Assembly (NCBI GenBank): GCA_964016885.1
Contig: OZ024757.1
Coordinates: 31,992,001-32,056,000 of the forward strand
Reading direction: 5' to 3'
Origin: Eledone cirrhosa
Taxonomy: Eukaryota
Length of the DNA: 64,000 nt
Under the pieces are notes generated by a model that was not told the origin of the DNA, searched no databases, and was given only the letters and a program-made list of their open reading frames with translations. A program made the translations under genes and the position numbers. Below, piece after piece: positions 16,753-28,649 of this stretch (positions within the stretch are counted from its first letter, which is position 1; the number at the start of each line of letters is the position of its first letter).

Positions 16753-16845
16753 ATGTTTATTTTAGGTTTTGTCGTCTGAAGAGGTCAGGAAAGGATATCT
16801 GACAGTCCTCAGTGAAATATGTATAACGGAGTTTTAAATAAACAT
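16753..16845 (+). ncRNA. Type I hammerhead-like motif with irregular stem II and extended stem I
   Basis: tcgt-CTGAAGA(16776-82)...GAAA(16814-17)-tatgta-TA-acgg; distal pairing atgtttattt/aaataaacat. Confidence 0.55.
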
Positions 16846-17010
16846 GAATCAACTGAATATGGTCTCCGATTTTTTATTAATATATAATGCTCCGACTTGC
16901 ACCATTTATTCAGGTAGTTGAGGGCTTCTTTTTATCTGCTTCGTTCCCGACAGACCATAATATGATCCGCACACCTCTGTTCGGTTAACTCTATACTCTT
17001 CTCCCCCCCC

Positions 17011-17043
<33 letters not shown>

Positions 17044-17131
17044 TCTTATATATATATATATATTGTTATATATATATATATATATTCTTATATATATATA
17101 TATATATATATACATTATGAAGAGAGAAGAA

Positions 17132-17841
17132 GTCCCAGTCATTCATTGAGCAACATCGGTGAAGTTGGCACCCTTAACTCACAGTTGGGTGCGGATGCAT
17201 TCATGTATATATGTGTGTGTCCGCATGTATCTGTGTGTTTCTAAATGTATTAATAACTCCCTCTGGTCGAGCAATCTTTGAAGTGTGGGGACAACTGGAA
17301 AGCTTCCATTACTCATACTTCTCGCCTTCTTCACTACCTCTTCTACGGCCTCGATATGAATACCCCCTCCGCCTCCGTGGTATTTTTTTCGTGGTTATAA
17401 GAGGCTTAGCTCTGTTTCTCGACCGTTATATCGCGTGACTATCTCCCCCTCCGCCTTTTGGGATTCTTTCTCACGTCGTGTAGACGCGTTCTTGAGACTA
17501 GTAAAATGAGGTATCCTCTTGATAAGTCGGCAGACCTCGCAAGGACTCTATATCTTTGATATATTGTTTTTGTTTATGCCACGAAACTACGTAGTCGAGG
17601 AATTTAGGAACAGTTTAGGTATGATACATTTTATTACTAATTATATCTAAATGTTTCTTCTCTCTTCATAATGTATTTTTAACTCTGATACTGGTTCAGT
17701 CTGGTTCAAACTGAATTGGTCTGTCCCAGTCATTCATTGAGCAACATCGGTGAAGTTGGCACCCTTAACTCACAGTTGGGTGCGGATGCATTCATGTATA
17801 TATGTGTGTGTCCGCATGTATCTGTGTGTTTCTAAATGTAT
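17132..17841 (+). mobile_element. 591-bp HHR-containing unit with identical 119-bp terminal direct repeats (retrozyme or non-autonomous PLE candidate)
   Basis: 17132-17250 is identical to 17723-17841; HHR at 17514-17601; 17111-17131 is an inverted copy of about 17655-17676. Confidence 0.65.
17514..17601 (+). ncRNA. Type I hammerhead ribozyme, U3-A8 variant, long stem II
   Basis: TCCTC-TTGATAA-gtcggca...tgccac-GAAA-CTACGTAG-TC-GAGGA. Perfect 5-bp stem I, palindromic stem III ACTACGTAGT, GUC site at 17594-17596. Confidence 0.75.
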
Positions 17842-17912
17842 ATATATATATATATATATATATTCTTATATATATATATATATATTCTTATATATATATA
17901 TATATATATATT

Positions 17913-17945
<33 letters not shown>

Positions 17946-17974
17946 TTATATGTATATATATATATATATATATA

Positions 17975-18138
17975 AAGTAGAAGAGATATTTAATTTGTTG
18001 GAAATACAACAAATATAAATGTTTATAACTGATTCAGAGCACTCGACAGTTTCTGGAGTAAATATTCAATGATATTAAATAAATGTAAACTATAAATATG
18101 GTTTTATAAATATAGTTTCCATTTATTTAATATCATTG

Positions 18139-18183
<45 letters not shown>

Positions 18184-18457
18184 AAGAGTCGGGCCACGAA
18201 TGGCTGAGTTCTTGCCGTTTCAATAGCTAGTTCCAGTCTGGAAGTAGCTCTAGATACGGCAAGAGATCAGCCGTTGGTGGCTCGACTCTTTACAATATAA
18301 CCATTCTCTACTACCCCAAGTAGCGAGTAATGGTCTAACCAGTTTCAAAATGAATCCATCCTGATATATATATATATATATCACCCCACTCCCAAGAGCG
18401 TGAAATTAATAAACATTCGTTGTACTGCCTCTCTGTTTTGTTCCTGTTCAAATTTTC

Positions 18458-18517
<60 letters not shown>

Positions 18518-18670
18518 ATATATATAACAATGATATTAATAAAAGGAAACTATATTTATAAAACCATATTTATTTTATACATTGATATTATACTCCAGGT
18601 AATCTGTTGAGTGCTTCGATTCTGTTATAAATAAATTTGTTGAATTACCAACAAATTAAATATCTCTTTG

Positions 18671-18728
<58 letters not shown>

Positions 18729-19120
18729 CAGAGATATTTAATTTGTTGGTAATTCAACAAATTTATTTATAACAGATTCGAAGCACTCTCATTCTCCGTA
18801 ACCCAACGGCTTATTTTAAAAATAATATAATTAAAGCCACAACTCCACTATCCGGGAGCTTCCAACAGTAATGATTGCATTCTTTAAGGGTATGTCAATA
18901 TTTATTTATAAAACTGATCTATATTATATTTTATCTGATGAAAGCACACCATAATTTAACTTGGTGTCTTTGAAATATGTATAATGAAATAAATATGGTT
19001 TTATAAATATAGTTTCCATTTGTTAATATCGTATTTTTACTCCAAATATTTGTTGAGCGCTTTATATCAGTTATAAAAATATTTGCTTGTTGTATCCCAA
19101 CAATTTAAATAGAACTTTTA
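17975..19120. mobile_element. Cluster of family E fragments in both orientations, with HHR at 18927-18991 (+)
   Basis: tattttat-CTGATGA-aagcACACCA...TGGTGTcttt-GAAA-tatgta-TA-atgaaata; about 18608-18672 is inverted relative to 18726-18789 across a (TA)n tract. Confidence 0.65.
18181..18363 (+). mobile_element. Family A-related older fold-back island
   Basis: Imperfect palindrome gtaaagagtcgggccac...gtggctcgactctttac plus tail ctctactaccccaagta. Confidence 0.6.
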
Positions 19121-19199
19121 CATATATATATATATGAATCCGATTATGGGTTAGTTTAACACCAACATTTCAGTATACAAGGTAGAGGACTCAATGTTT

Positions 19200-19395
19200 A
19201 TCCCGCGTTCAATCGGGGGTAACCACAGTAAGTAAGGTTCTCAATACATAGCAGAGTATAAATATTTAATATAGAAATGGCTTCTAGAGGACTAGAGCTG
19301 TTTCATTCGGGAGAAATCATCAGGAAGCCGGGCTTCCTGATGATTTCTACCGAATTAAACAGTTCTAGTCCTGTAGAAGCCATTTCTGTATTATA
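19200..19395 (-). mobile_element. Family B island: head-to-head complete HHR pair
   Basis: Plus 19331-19381 GGCTTC-CTGATGA-...-tAAA-CAG..CTG-TA-GAAGCC; minus 19329-19279 the same with GAAA intact and one stem III mismatch. Confidence 0.75.
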
Positions 19396-19512
19396 TATAT
19401 ATATATACGAGAGAGAGAGAGAGAGAGCTCGTCCAAGCCCCCGATGACCAGATCAAGGAAAGAGGGCCACACCAGACCTTCGAACTATAGGTAACACTTT
19501 ATATATATATCC

Positions 19513-19568
<56 letters not shown>

Positions 19569-19582
19569 ATATATATATATCC

Positions 19583-19614
<32 letters not shown>

Positions 19615-20194
19615 GTATATATATACACACACACATACTTTACATTATTCGTTCTGGCTCTCTACACTCTGAGTTCAAATTAAGCCGTGCTCAACTTTTC
19701 TTATCATCCTTAAGGAAAATTTTAAACTAAATTCTTAATAACGCTACTATTGTGATTGGGTGCTTTATGAATTTTAGAAGAATTTCGTCTAATGTCTTTG
19801 TAGGAGTACATAACATGAGTTGTCTAACTTTATTGTAACATCGTGAAACAAATGAGCGTTGATTATAAAAGAAAAACCCAGACTCTTTTGGAATTGGAAA
19901 GGTAAGTGATGTTCTATTATTTAATCTACAGTTAATTTGAGCGTTGAATTTATGCAACAAGTCCTGTATACCCTGCTGCCAAGGCTAGAAGAGAATTTTA
20001 TTTGTAATATAAATAAAATGTAGAACCTAACACTATTTAATAGCTTTAACTGCATCTTTTGATCCTATACTGATATGAAAATGTACACCATTTTATTTTT
20101 CAGATGTTGTTTTTACTCTTTTTTTGCTGTTAAAATAATTTCATATAAACCTTTGTATATTAAAACTCTTCCTATACATACACGCACATATTGT

Positions 20195-20239
<45 letters not shown>

Positions 20240-20699
20240 GTGCAAGACAAACATGCTTGGAGAAAGCTCTCTGCACAAATTGTATTCATAAAAATAAAAG
20301 GCTCACTTAATGATTATGGCGACTGAGAGATGATCCAATCAACTGCGACTATCCTTGTAATTTCAAGACTGAAACTCCCTTTATATAACGTTGCATCACC
20401 ATTCGTGTTTGTTTACCTGTCTCTCTTTCTCCACCCAACTCTTTTTATCCCAATAACTTAATTTAGTTATTGTATTGCCCTAGCTGGAGTTATATTGCCT
20501 GTAATGCGAAGAAATACCTATGATGGCTAGTAGACCACTGATGATGGATAGTCCTGGCTTCTATTTCTAATTCTTTATTATATATATATATATATATACA
20601 CGAAATCGTATTTTCAGGAGGTGGCTGATGAGGAAGAGGGATGCTATTTTTTCGTGCGTCTTCAATATCCATTTTTTTTTATTTTGTTGTGCAACTTTG

Positions 20700-21075
20700 A
20701 CAACTCTCTCTCTCTTTCTCTTCTCTCTCTCTCTCTCACTCGCTCACACTCTCTCTCACCCTCTCTCACCCTCTCTCACCCTCTCTCTCACCCTCTCTTT
20801 CACCCTCTCTCTTTCACCCTCTCTCTTTCACCCTCTCTCTTTCACCCTCTCTCTTTCACCCTCTCTCTTTCACCCTCTCTCTTTCACCCTCTCTCTTTCA
20901 CCCTCTCTCTTTCACCCTCTCTCTTTATCTCTCTCCCACTATCCCACCCACTCTCACACTCTCTCTCCCACCCACTCTCCCACCCACTCTCACACTCTCT
21001 CTCCCATACTCTCTCATTCTCTCTCTCTCTGTCTCTTCCTTCTTTTCTTTCTTTCTCTCTTTCTCTCTCTCTCTT
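20700..21075. repeat. CT-rich repeats including a 14-bp tandem (caccctctctcttt)
   Basis: Direct inspection. Confidence 0.9.
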
Positions 21076-21634
21076 ATACATATCATAGATAAATTGATTT
21101 TGTGATATGTGATTGCAACGTTTATTGATCTGATTAATTAATTAATCTATTAATCTGCAAATCATTATTATTATATTTGCGATTGAAATGGACGTAGAAA
21201 TGAATAAAATGTATTTTTTACAAGTACTAGCAGAAAAACCACCCTTCGGGTGGTTTTCTGCTAGCATGTGTAGTGTGTATATTGATATTATACTCAAATA
21301 TATATATGCATGTAAATAAAATCGTAATTGACAATATACACAGAAATTGAACGAAGACTGTGTTACACTGTCTTCTGAAATCAGTAACGTAATCCATGAT
21401 ACATTTAAAAAAAGACATTAGATATAAACTGCATTAGGAGAAAATTAGCGACGGAAATATATGTGATTATAAGTGTTATAATATAACGGCCGCTAACCGG
21501 AAGTGTTGACATTTGACAATTTTAAAGAAGTGAATCTTTAAATAAGCTATAAAATATATTTAATCAACAGCCACGAAATTTAGTAGATAAATTATGTAAT
21601 ATTCATTCATTATTTATTCAAAGTGGATTCAAAG

Positions 21635-21822
21635 GGCGGTGGATTGGCAGTATCGGTAGAGGGTCGGACACCATGCTTTCCAGCATAGTTACGTCCCTTT
21701 ACGATCTGAGTTCAAATCCCGCCGAGGTTGACTTTGCCTTTCATCCTTACGGGGTCGATATAATAAAGTACCAGTAATGCACTGGGTATTTGCTGGCCTT
21801 GTGCCTAAAGTAGAAACAATTA
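21635..21822 (+). mobile_element. tRNA-derived SINE, full length
   Basis: A-box-like tggcagtatcgg, B box gagttcaaatccc, central gactttgcctttcatccttacggggtcgat; attatttattcaaagt repeated at 21609 and 21819; many copies in the window. Confidence 0.85.
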
Positions 21823-22009
21823 TTTATTCAAAGTAATCCAACTTATTTTACAAAGGGGTAAAAAAATATACTCCTTTCTTTATTATAGTTAATTATTAGG
21901 TATTATACCTAAATTAAATTATGAATATGTGTGTGTGTCTATTTATATTTGTGTGTCTGTGTGTCACTCTCTCTATATATATGTATATATATTTGTGTGT
22001 GTGTATATT

Positions 22010-22052
<43 letters not shown>

Positions 22053-22267
22053 ATATATATTTGTGTGTGTGTACATATATATATTTGTGTGTGTATATAT
22101 CTGTGTGTGTGTGTGTCTATATTTAGTTGTTTGTGTATATATCTGTGTGTGTCTATATGTATGTGTGTGTGTGTGTGTGTGTCTATATTTATGTGTGTGT
22201 GTATATATACTTATGTGTGTGTGTCTATATATATATATATATGTGTATATATGTATATATATAATGC

Positions 22268-22325
<58 letters not shown>

Positions 22326-23352
22326 CATATATAAAGAGTTGATCTATTTCTCACAATATACGTAAGAACTTCACTGAAACTCTTGTTGATTTTGGAAAAA
22401 GCCACTCTCTCTTTCCCCTTCTCTCTCTTTATATCTTTCACTTCCTCTCTCTTTATATATATATATAGACATTCGTATATATATATAGACATTCATATAT
22501 ATATATATATATAATATATATATATGTATACACACACAGACATATATATACACACACACACATATATATATACACACACACATATATATATACACACATA
22601 TATATACACACACACATATATATATACACACATATATATACACACACACATATATATATACACACATATATATACACACATATATATGTGTCCTTCCTTC
22701 TCTCTCTGTCCTCTCTCCTTCTCTCTCTCCTTCTCTCTCTCTCTCCTCTCTCCTTCTCTCTCTCCTCTCTCCTTCTCTCTCTCCTCTCTCCTTCTCCCCT
22801 CTCCCTCTCCTCTCTCCTTCTCTCCTTCTCTCTCTCCTCTCCTCTCTCCCTCTCCTCTCTCTCCTCTCTCTCCTACTCTCTCTCCTCTCCTTCTCTCCCT
22901 CCTCTCTCTCTCCCTCCCCTCTCTCTCTCCCTCCTCTCTCTCTCTCTCCCTCCCCTCGCTCTCTCCCTCCTCTCTCTCTCTCCCTCTCATATTAGTATTA
23001 TATTTCTTTACTAACATCTGCATATACCCAACTGCATCCATTTTATAAATCTCCTTATGTATCAGCATTTTCTATATAACACACATACAGACGTTTATAT
23101 ATATATTTATATAATATATATATATATATATATTTATATAATATATATATATATATATATTTATATGCTATATAATATAAATATATATATATATATACAA
23201 TATACTATATATAGTAATAATATATACTATACATATACCTACAAACATACATACACACATAATATAAATCCATACAGGCCTGTACACATGTGCATATATA
23301 TTGGTATATATAGCTATGTTTATACATACACACACACACACACATATATATG

Positions 23353-23383
<31 letters not shown>

Positions 23384-23899
23384 ATGTCTATGAATATATT
23401 TGTATATATAGAGACATGTATAAGTATGCATATGTGTGTGTATGTGTATATATATAGACATATGTATAAGTATGCATGTATATATATATATATATATATA
23501 TGCATACTTATGTATATACACACATGCATATATATATATAAGCAAAGCAACAATACGGAATGAAACAACATGGGGTCTATACGTATCCTAGTACCGTTTC
23601 TCTCCCCTTCCTTTTCTTTACCCTATGACGTCAATACTGCACACTGTTTCTGCCTTTTGATCTTGAAGTTACTCCTCCTGTAGACAAACAGCGCCGCCTA
23701 GCCATGAGTTGGGGAAACATAATAAGCAGATATAGATATTATATAGCATGGAACTGAATTCATTTTCCTTATTTTTTCACCGTTTTCTGTAAACGCTCAC
23801 ACACACACACACACACTAGAAATGGCAAAATGAACAGACTTGCTTTTTCTCGAAGAAACCTTTATCGTTTCTGCCCCTGTTCATTCTACTCTTCTTGTC

Positions 23900-24050
23900 T
23901 ATTTCTTCGTTAATGGCTAATTCTATTTTCTGATGAAGAACTAACGTCCGAAGCGTTAAAACTTTTACTACTATATTAAGCATGGAACTAGTATATATCT
24001 TCATTGAACTTCATCCTCTGTTGTGTTTTTTCTGTATACTTTTCACACAC
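23900..24050 (+). mobile_element. Family G island with degenerate minimal HHR
   Basis: CTGATGA(23930-36)-agaactaacgtcc-GAAG-cgtt; homologous to the HHR at 28136-28173. Confidence 0.5.
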
Positions 24051-24076
24051 ATGCACAACATACATACATATATACA

Positions 24077-24225
24077 TAATGTTAGTAACTGCCTCAATAG
24101 AAATCTTGAGAAGCTAGGCTTCACAGAAACAGAAAGAATACGACTAGTTAGGAAATTACAAGTACACTCCATTAATGGAACAGTAAAAATATGTAAAACA
24201 TTCCAAAATTTTGCATCTAATAACT
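24077..24225 (+). mobile_element. Non-LTR retrotransposon C-terminal remnant (RLE type, R4/Dong-like)
   Basis: NCLNRNLEKLGF...RLVRKLQVHSINGTVKICKTF resembles the LQ-x5-GT-x2-I tail of RLE elements (recalled, not searched). Confidence 0.5.
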
Positions 24226-24439
24226 GCATATACACTTGTACAGATACAAAGCGTATGCACATGCACACCTACACATGCATGTATGCAGACATACATACAT
24301 CTCTATCTAATTGATGTTGTGTAAATTCCAATGAGAGAGTCTTGTGTCTATGTTAGAAACCAACTCTCTCTCTCTATTGGCAAACATTTCTGAAATTATA
24401 AAACCAAAAGAACATACATACATACATGCATTCCATGTG

Positions 24440-25165
24440 TTAAAATCCCGACCCAGCATTAAAGTTACCAAGCACGATGGCCTTGTCTGCCTGAGGGATA
24501 TTTCTTAAAACACCTTTCAAGGCATGGTAAAAAGATACTTTTTCTTCATCAACAAAATTCATAGTCGGAGCATACACACTCACCAGGGTCGCATATCTTC
24601 CTTTGTCCAGCGGAATTCTCATGGACATAAGACGCTCACTAATCCCCACTGGGAATTCTTCTAATTTATCCACAAGAGCAGTCTTAACAGCAAATGCTAC
24701 CCCAGCCTCTCTGCTGGTGTCTTCATCTCTTCCTTTCCAGAAGAATGTATATTACCCACAAAAAGATGACCATCTCCAGCTAACCTCGTCTCGGATAAAC
24801 CACGATGTCAAGATCGTAATGACGAAGCTTTCTTGCGACAAGAGCGGTCGTTCGTACATACATACATAATGATGATGGTTGCAGCTCGAACGTGACTTTT
24901 TAGTCCTGCTATGGACTTGCCATTGGTCACCTATGCCATGCATCGCCAAAAATGTCACACATCAAGCGGTGCCTGTGCTTGTAGATTTTTTTCGGTGAGG
25001 AAAAGCTTTGCACGTGGCCAATCCCATTCTCTGAACATCGAATGGATTCACCAAAAGAAAGTAGAACTGCTCTACATCATTGGATGCAAACGAAGTCGCA
25101 GGTTTTATATCAGAGTGACCTTCTGCTAGAGAGATGTCCTAATGAGGATTAGGATTCTCTCCACA
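24440..25165 (-). mobile_element. RTE/BovB-type LINE 5' remnant (AP endonuclease), frameshifted
   Basis: PVGISERLMSMRIPLDKGRYATLVSVYAPT...DKAIVLGNFNA; upstream YTFFWKGR...EAGVAFAVK. Confidence 0.85.
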
Positions 25166-25320
25166 AAGGAAAAAAAATACATACATATATATATACTACC
25201 AAAATTAGAATAAAGATGCCATGTCTGAGAATATCAGAATCATGCGCCATATCACCTGTGGAATATGCTCAAAGATTCCAAGTAGTAAATCCGAGCATTT
25301 ATATCAAATTAAAAGTCGAA

Positions 25321-25360
<40 letters not shown>

Positions 25361-25635
25361 CATAAACACATCAAACAATGACAGGGGATAATTTGTAAAG
25401 AGTGTAAACACACATAGTTACGATTAAAAATTAAGAACTTTGAATAAAAAGAACTTTGTAATAAAAAGAATAGAGAAGACAGGAAAATGGACGAATATGT
25501 TGTTTCTGTGCTTTAAAGCACTGAGACAACGTATCTCCAGCGGTCGACTGATGAGATGGGATTGTTTGTGTTTATTCCTTTTCCCGTCTCCGCGGTTATC
25601 TTTTATTCATTTGTATGCTTTTAACCACGCGGGCC

Positions 25636-25664
<29 letters not shown>

Positions 25665-25666
<2 letters not shown>

Positions 25667-25786
25667 ATAATTGTTTCTACTTTAGGCACAAGGCCAGCAA
25701 TTATCCAGTGCATTACTGGTACTTTATTTTATCGACCCCGTAAGGATGAAAGGCAAAGTCAACCTCGGCGGGATTTGAACTCAGAT
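25665..25786 (-). mobile_element. SINE, 5'-truncated
   Basis: Reverse complement of 21705-21822. Confidence 0.85.
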
Positions 25787-25794
25787 ATATATTT

Positions 25795-26005
25795 AGTAAT
25801 AATAATAAATTTGAAGACTAAAATCCAAAGAGGGCTCGATAAGGACAAATATATATCAGATATATAAGAACCGTAGAGAAAATATTTATTAAAATAACAA
25901 ATTAAAGTTTAAGCAAAGAATCGCTGCTTTCACCCCAGAAGATCCCGTTAAGGGTGAAAGCAGCGATTCTTTTCTTAAACTTTAATCTGTTATTTTAATA
26001 AATAT
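25795..26005. mobile_element. Family D fold-back island with HHR-like centre
   Basis: Arms 25882-25935 and 25952-26005; centre CAGAAGA-tCCCgttaaGGGt-GAAA-GCA...TGC-TT (stem III intact in the left arm). Confidence 0.65.
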
Positions 26006-26018
26006 ATTTATATATATA

Positions 26019-26159
26019 GGAAAAGAGTCAGGGCCCCGATTTCTGAGCTCCGGCCGTCTCGACAGCTAGATCCGAACTATTACCCACTCTACTACCCTAA
26101 GTATTGAGTACTCTGGTGCGTTACGGTCCACCTGGTATCTCACCACACCCTCTTTCTTG

Positions 26160-26160
<1 letters not shown>
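26019..26160 (+). mobile_element. Family A island with one arm deleted
   Basis: Tail tattacccactctactaccctaagtattgagtac is the reverse complement of about 268-302. Confidence 0.65.
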
Positions 26161-26189
<29 letters not shown>

Positions 26190-26192
<3 letters not shown>

Positions 26193-26400
26193 GTTTGAAG
26201 GCCACGACAATGCGAATTGGACGAACAAGAAAATAAGACGAAGCAAGATGTGTTTGCTTATTTATTTATCTGTCCTGATATTTTGAGATAAAATCTCTTC
26301 TTCGGAGGGAAATAACACGTCCGGGTTTGGACCATGATGCCAGAAGTGGTGGTCTTAGGTGAGAGAGAGGAGGTTAAGGGGACATAGAGCTCTATCCCTC
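26190..26400 (-). mobile_element. Island with decayed minimal HHR (26274-26308)
   Basis: Minus strand: cct-CCGAAGA-aGAGAttttaTCTC-aAAA-ta-TC-agg; two core substitutions. Confidence 0.4.
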
Positions 26401-26798
26401 TTATATTTTTAATTATATTATATTATAGGCAGTTCCCACAATGGGGTTTGCAAATTTAGTATTAGGGGTTAAATTTCGTAATTATAAACATAATATACAC
26501 ACCCCATTTGGTCTCTATTGTTCTTTAGGTACAAACATTTCTGTCCCTCAAGTGTTATTCGTGCTGTATAACAATTTCAAGTAGTTTATCGTAAATATAA
26601 TATACACACACTATTATCTATGTATAAACATTTCTCTGTTTCAATTATTATTATCATTGCATAACAATTTCAACCACTATATATACACCCGCTATGGCGT
26701 ATATATTCTTCTTTCAGTCCAAACACTTCTCTTGTGATTGTTTTATCACTGTAAACAATTCCAAATAGTTTATCATAAACATAATATACACATACTCT

Positions 26799-27085
26799 CA
26801 GGGCCGGATTTAATGGGGAGCGAAGTAGGCAATTGCCTCGGGCCCCCTGCAGTGTAGTCCCCCACCCTCGACGGCCGTAGCAATTTATTTGTGGCCTCAG
26901 CTGGGCTTTTTAGTTTTAGAATTTTTGAATTTAATACCTGTATGTATAACTTTTCAATTCCAATTACTTGAGCCAAGCTAAATTTGAGAAGTAAAATAGG
27001 GGATGAGGGATGTTGTGTATTCTAAGTTTTTTTGTATCCAAAACCTGAAGTGCCCTGGGCCTCCCAAGGTCTAAATCTAATTCTG
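26799..27085. mobile_element. hAT-type MITE (Tip100-like end)
   Basis: TIR cagggccggattta / taaatctaattctg; 8-bp TSD catactct / catactat. Confidence 0.7.
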
Positions 27086-27135
27086 CATACTATTGTTATT
27101 CTTACTGTAAGTTATAGTTGCTTTCTAAGGGTTCA

Positions 27136-27597
27136 AACTATAAATAGGAATTCACAAGGTTCGATACAAGTATGAAAATACATTCTTGACAGGCGCAATG
27201 TGTCCGAACATATCTCTCGCCCTCCCCATCTCTCTGTATAGTGAGCAAATGTGGTCCCACGTGCTTGCCGTGCCACAGTCCCGGCGGACAGAATGGAGAA
27301 GGCGTTTCCCCGGAGGATGGTAAGAGAGATGCGCTGGGTGAACCATTCCATCTCGCGAGGCTCACACCTGCGGCTGGCCAGCTCAGCGCCTATGGGGGCG
27401 AGAAGGGAGTTAGCCCTAGCGTCAAGGACACCAGAAGTCTCCACTGCCAAGGGCATGACGCCAAACCTGTCGTAGAGCGACCAGTATTTGGAGAGTTTGT
27501 CCTTCTCCGCCCGAAGTGTAGCAGAACCTGGGTTAGTCGCAGACTGCACCGGGTTGCGACTGGAAAAGGTGTCGCTGTAAGTGGCATCCCACTTTTT
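27136..27597 (-). mobile_element. CRE-clade non-LTR retrotransposon 3' remnant (restriction-like endonuclease)
   Basis: WDAT..DT...AEKDKLSKY...PLAVETSG...QRISLTILRGNA, typical CRE C-terminal motifs; GC-rich. Confidence 0.85.
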
Positions 27598-28049
27598 ACT
27601 GTAAACAGTTTTATGTATTCTCACTGTAAACAATTTTAAGTACTTTATTATAAACGCAATATAAACATATTACTTGGTATCTATTTATCTCTACTGCTTA
27701 ATGTTCAGCGCCATCCTCAGCATTCTCGTGTATACACATTAATCAGTATACACTGAGGATGAGGAACTCATAGCTGTACGGGAGCCTCCCAAAAGTCAGC
27801 TCGAGAGTAGCACAGAAGAGACTGAGGTTAGCTGGACATGCTCACTGACTGATTTAAGAACCACTGATCCAGTGCTATGAAAGCTACCTATATACCTGTG
27901 TCGTTAGTTGCGTTTCACTTTACTTAGATAAATATTATCTTTTGAATACCAATACCATGAACACCATGACATCTCCATTCCTCCAGACTTTATATATATA
28001 CACACGCATACGCACGCGCACACGCACGTACGTACGTACGTGTGTGTGT

Positions 28050-28200
28050 GTAAAAGGTAAACAGAAATAACAACACAATCGGTACAGTATATGGAAGGTA
28101 TATATTAGGTTAACGCTTGAAATAGCAGGAAAAAGATCTTAACGTTTCGGACGTTAGTCCTTCATCAGAAGAAAGAATGAGAAATTAGAATGATTGAAGG
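28050..28200 (-). mobile_element. Family G island with intact minimal HHR (28136-28173)
   Basis: Minus strand: tctt-CTGATGA-aGGACtaacGTCC-GAAA-CG-TT-aaga; tail ends in (CA)n; a tail fragment also lies at about 8900-8953. Confidence 0.7.
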
Positions 28201-28222
28201 GGCCTTCGCCTTTACCTTAGCG

Positions 28223-28406
28223 CAGGGTTTCCCAAACCTTTTCAAACGCGGAATTTTTTTTGATTCAGAAACTTTTGGAGGGAGCCTAAAGTCTAATACT
28301 GTTATATGGTCGTAATATAAATATACTCCTCTACCTTTTTTCACGGAACCCAGACTCTCCTTTGCGGAAACCCTGAGTTCCGTGTATCCCACTTTGGGAA
28401 CTACTA
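28223..28406. mobile_element. hAT (Charlie-like) MITE
   Basis: TIR cagggtttcccaaac / ctttgggaactacta; 8-bp TSD ccttagcg / ccttagag. Confidence 0.75.
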
Positions 28407-28421
28407 CCTTAGAGCATTGTT

Positions 28422-28550
28422 CCTTTACGGTCTGAGTTCAAATCCCGTCGAGGTTAACTTTGCCTTTCATCCTTACGGGGTCGATAAAATAAAGTACCAG
28501 TAATGCACTGGGTAATTGCTGGCCTTGTGCCTAAAGTAGAAACAATTATA
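28422..28550 (+). mobile_element. SINE, 5'-truncated
   Basis: Same family as 21635-21822. Confidence 0.85.
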
Positions 28551-28649
28551 ATTCCTTCCTTCCTTCCACCCACTCAGCCATCAATCTGGCCAATCAACTC
28601 TCGCACCCATTAAACCATCCACCTAGCCATCCATCCACCCGACCATCCA

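Noticed and set aside
20535-20560. CTGATGA followed by a small hairpin; similar partial motifs near 4060, 27850, 39745 and 59345
   Set aside because: GAAA, core or stem I missing or too decayed to call as hammerheads.
21485-21510. ETS-like CCGGAAGT, and YY1-like AAAATGGCG at about 60774
   Set aside because: Single short motifs with no transcript evidence; expected by chance.
21635-21730. tRNA gene
   Set aside because: A and B boxes belong to a multi-copy SINE; no cloverleaf is evident.
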